Part shown: positions 56,642-58,605 of the stretch, one piece after another
Layout of the letters: the number at the start of each line of letters is the position of its first letter
Numbering within the stretch: position 1 is the stretch's first letter
NCBI GenBank assembly: GCA_964597535.1
Contig: CAZQYB010000001.1
Coordinates: 1-58,605, forward strand
DNA: 58,605 bases
DNA from: an uncultured Pirellulales bacterium
Lineage (GTDB): Bacteria; Planctomycetota; Phycisphaerae; Sedimentisphaerales; Anaerobacaceae
Direction: 5' to 3'
Notes under the pieces: model-generated
Told to the model about the DNA's origin: nothing
What the model saw: only the letters and a program-made list of their open reading frames with translations
Database searches by the model: none
Position numbers and translations under genes: made by a program

Positions 56642-57485
56642 TTTTATTAATTTTTATCTTGTCACCCAATATACTGTGTATAATCAGGTCCAGTCTCGAT
56701 ATAACCATCGTTATATCGCGTGGGCGCTCTGCAGGACTGTCTTTTACGCAGTCCATTACAAGTTTCGAGACTCCTGCCGGTACTTTTTTTCTTATTTCGT
56801 GAGGAGCGGGACAATTTTTTGGAATAACCAGGCCGAGACCGTTATCTTTTTTTGGTATCAAAGTGGGGACGTTTTGACCGGTAAGGGCCCAGTACATTGT
56901 CGCCCCAAGATTAAAGACATCGGTTTTTGGGCCGAGCGGTTTGCGCCTGACCTGCTCAGGAGCAATATAGTCCGGCGTGCCCTGAATCCGCGGCTTTACG
57001 GTTCCGATTCTGCAGCTTTGACCAAGGTCTATAATTTTAATCGAGCCGGAACTGCTCAGAAGGATATTATTGGGCTTTATATCGCAGTGAGCAAATCCCT
57101 GCTGATGCATAGCATTGAGGCCGCCGGCGACCATTCTGAATACAAGCAAGACATCTACCAAACTTAAAGTGGGACCGTCTTCGAGAGACTGGCCGTCGAA
57201 CAGTTCCATAGAGAGCAGCATCTCTCTTACTTTGAACATGCGGCGTATCTTTATTAATTTGTTGCACTTACGGACGTAGGGATGGTCTATCTTGCGAGCT
57301 ATTTTGTATTCGGTCTCTACTTGCTCGAAGATTCTTGCGTCTTCCGGCCTTTCGAGGGTAACCCGTTTTAAAGCAACGTTGCTATTGTCCTCCTGGTCGG
57401 TTGCCATGTAGATTGTGCTGCGGGCACCGGTTCCAATGCGTTTGAGTATGGTGAAGCCACCGACGTCGAGTATATCTTTAGCCAT
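56622..57485 (-). CDS. Hanks-type serine/threonine protein kinase, catalytic domain only
   Basis: It has GTGARSTIY (Gly loop), VALKRV (Lys), HCDIKPNNILL (catalytic loop), DLGQS (DFG-like) and GTPDYIAPEQ. Confidence 0.88.
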   Translation of the reverse strand: MAKDILDVGGFTILKRIGTGARSTIYMATDQEDNSNVALKRVTLERPEDARIFEQVETEYKIARKIDHPYVRKCNKLIKIRRMFKVREMLLSMELFDGQSLEDGPTLSLVDVLLVFRMVAGGLNAMHQQGFAHCDIKPNNILLSSSGSIKIIDLGQSCRIGTVKPRIQGTPDYIAPEQVRRKPLGPKTDVFNLGATMYWALTGQNVPTLIPKKDNGLGLVIPKNCPAPHEIRKKVPAGVSKLVMDCVKDSPAERPRDITMVISRLDLIIHSILGDKIKINKNASSNN

Positions 57486-57839
57486 ATTATCCGCAACAGC
57501 CTAATAATTTAACAATCTGCTGATATTTCACTCTTTTTTATAAGATGCGCCAAACAGGCCTTCTGTTCCATTAATTATGCAATTTAGCAATAAAAATGCT
57601 AATAAAAAAACTGTTTTTACATAGATTTTACGTAGAATGGCGAACCGGTTCGATTAAGCTTTGTAAACCCAGCCGGTTGTAATATGTTCAATTTTTTGTC
57701 CGCGATTGCGGCGTTTCTTTGTAGTATCGGCGCAAAAAAGATACGGCTTGACAATCTTGCGGGAATTTGGACAATGTTTTAAGTTAGTTTCGACGAGAGT
57801 AGCTGTTGGATAGCGACGTATTGGTTTGTAGTCTGCTGT

Positions 57840-57912
57840 TCCCCGATAGCTCAACTGGTAGAGCGAGCGGCTGTTAACCGCTAGGTTGTAGGTTCGAGTC
57901 CTACTCGGGGAG
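57840..57912 (+). tRNA. tRNA-Asn (anticodon GTT)
   Basis: A 73-nt cloverleaf folded by hand. The acceptor stem pairs TCCCCGA with TCGGGGA. The D arm is GCTC-AACTGGTA-GAGC. The anticodon arm is AGCGG-CTGTTAA-CCGCT. The T arm is GTAGG-TTCGAGT-CCTAC. The discriminator is G and no CCA is encoded. Confidence 0.93.
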
Positions 57913-57914
57913 TT

Positions 57915-57955
57915 TCAGGGCAGCAGGTCTTCTTGACCTCGCTGCCCTGAAGTTT
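57915..57955 (+). terminator. long hairpin plus T-run immediately after tRNA-Asn
   Basis: CAGGGCAGC-AGGTC-TTCTT-GACCT-C-GCTGCCCTG is followed by AAGTTTTTC. Confidence 0.6.
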
Positions 57956-57963
57956 TTCTATAG

Positions 57964-58121
57964 GTAGGGCTCGAACCTTAAAAGGGTGTGGGAAAAGAAT
58001 TTTCCCACGTCGTCGGGGTGACAGGCAGCGTTGCTGCCGCCAGAGGGGCAGAGCCCCTATGGAAATTTGCGAAGCAAATTTAGGTTCTAGGCCGCAGGCC
58101 GGAGCCCTACTCGGGGAGTTT
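57964..58121 (+). repeat. hairpin-array element bounded by inverted and direct copies of the tRNA-Asn T-arm and acceptor 3' end
   Basis: GTAGGGCTC at 57964..57972 and GAGCCCTAC at 58102..58110 form a 9-bp inverted repeat. 58102..58121 repeats 57896..57915 with 19 of 20 identical. Four perfect short hairpins lie inside, at 57988..58008, 58024..58038, 58044..58058 and 58063..58081. Confidence 0.6.
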
Positions 58122-58346
58122 TGGACTTGGACAATCTACAATGAGAGGGGTTAACACAAATCAACCTTCCTTCATATCTTCAAGCTTCAGCTTACTGCGA
58201 ATCTCCGGCCAAAACGGTAAGCATCTTCTGCATTGTAATGCCGATAGCAAAATAGTATAATACCGACCAGAGTATGATTCTTAAAAGATCAATTGGAATT
58301 GTCAGTGAAAGATAACCAAACAAGAAAGGATAAAGGTGGGTTGAAA

Positions 58347-58605
58347 ATGAAAGAGAAAAAACTTACCACAGCAGCAGGTATACCTGTAAGTGATAATCAG
58401 AATTCACTCACTGCAGGAGAACGTGGCCCAACATTAATGCAGGATCATGTACTGCTTAACAAATTGGCTCATTTCAACCGTGAGCGTATCCCGGAACGAG
58501 TTGTTCACGCCAAAGCTGCAGGAGCACACGGTACATTTACTGTCACCAAGGATATAACAAAATACACAAAGGCAAAGATATTCTCAGAGGTTGGCAAGAA
58601 AACAG
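58347..58605 (+). CDS. katA: monofunctional haem catalase, N-terminal 86 codons (runs off the window end)
   Basis: My own reading from ATG 58347: [64 protein letters not shown], the catalase proximal block ([20 protein letters not shown]). Confidence 0.9.
   Translation, partial: MKEKKLTTAAGIPVSDNQNSLTAGERGPTLMQDHVLLNKLAHFNRERIPERVVHAKAAGAHGTFTVTKDITKYTKAKIFSEVGKKT

Noticed and set aside
1-58605. CRISPR arrays, transposases, integrases, phage genes, toxin-antitoxin pairs and recognisable defence systems
   Set aside because: I scanned both strands for regularly spaced direct repeats and for hallmark motifs such as DDE, tyrosine recombinase RHRY context, Cas and restriction-modification methyltransferase motifs. 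I found none. The only large repeats are the two leader copies and the small tRNA-end repeats.

Overview
The window is about 58.6 kb of bacterial chromosome. By eye it looks like a PVC or Planctomycetota-type genome, because it has giant LamG proteins, a PilM-PilN-like fusion, a long RseP and an acid-tailed S1. That placement is inference only.

Housekeeping genes make up much of the window: glyA (5' part), rseP, dxr, pepP-like, csrA, acyP, cmk, plsC, ispH, rpsA, a sigma-70 family factor, apt, mtaB, ahcY, tRNA-Asn and katA-like (5' part).

Three accessory blocks sit between them:
- Block 1 (7.8-27.9 kb): an ECF sigma factor is coupled to a 1338-aa anti-sigma factor. The outer part of the anti-sigma ends in the same YYWRVDEV-module plus LamG architecture found in two tandem giant secreted paralogues of about 1505 and 1595 aa. 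Each paralogue is preceded by a leader of about 500 nt, 315 nt of which are identical between the copies. Each is followed by an identical three-hairpin 3' tail. The coding sequence between these flanks has diverged strongly.
- Block 2 (39.3-49.7 kb): a PilM-like actin-fold gene is followed by three large uncharacterised envelope or TPR proteins. No pilin, ATPase or secretin is present.
- Block 3 (53.4-57.5 kb): a GGDEF protein lies convergent to an overlapping Ser/Thr kinase and metallophosphatase pair plus a GT2 glycosyltransferase.

Smaller observations:
- A promoter-to-terminator unit of about 140 nt is rich in GGA motifs and lies 1.5 kb from csrA. It is a candidate CsrA-binding sRNA.
- The sigma factor encodes its conserved region 1.2 upstream of any canonical start codon.
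- An array of perfect hairpins lies beside tRNA-Asn, bounded by copies of the tRNA 3' end.
- Short tandem octamer and heptamer arrays occur at gene boundaries.

No CRISPR array, transposase or prophage genes were seen. All calls come from reading motifs by eye; no database search was run.
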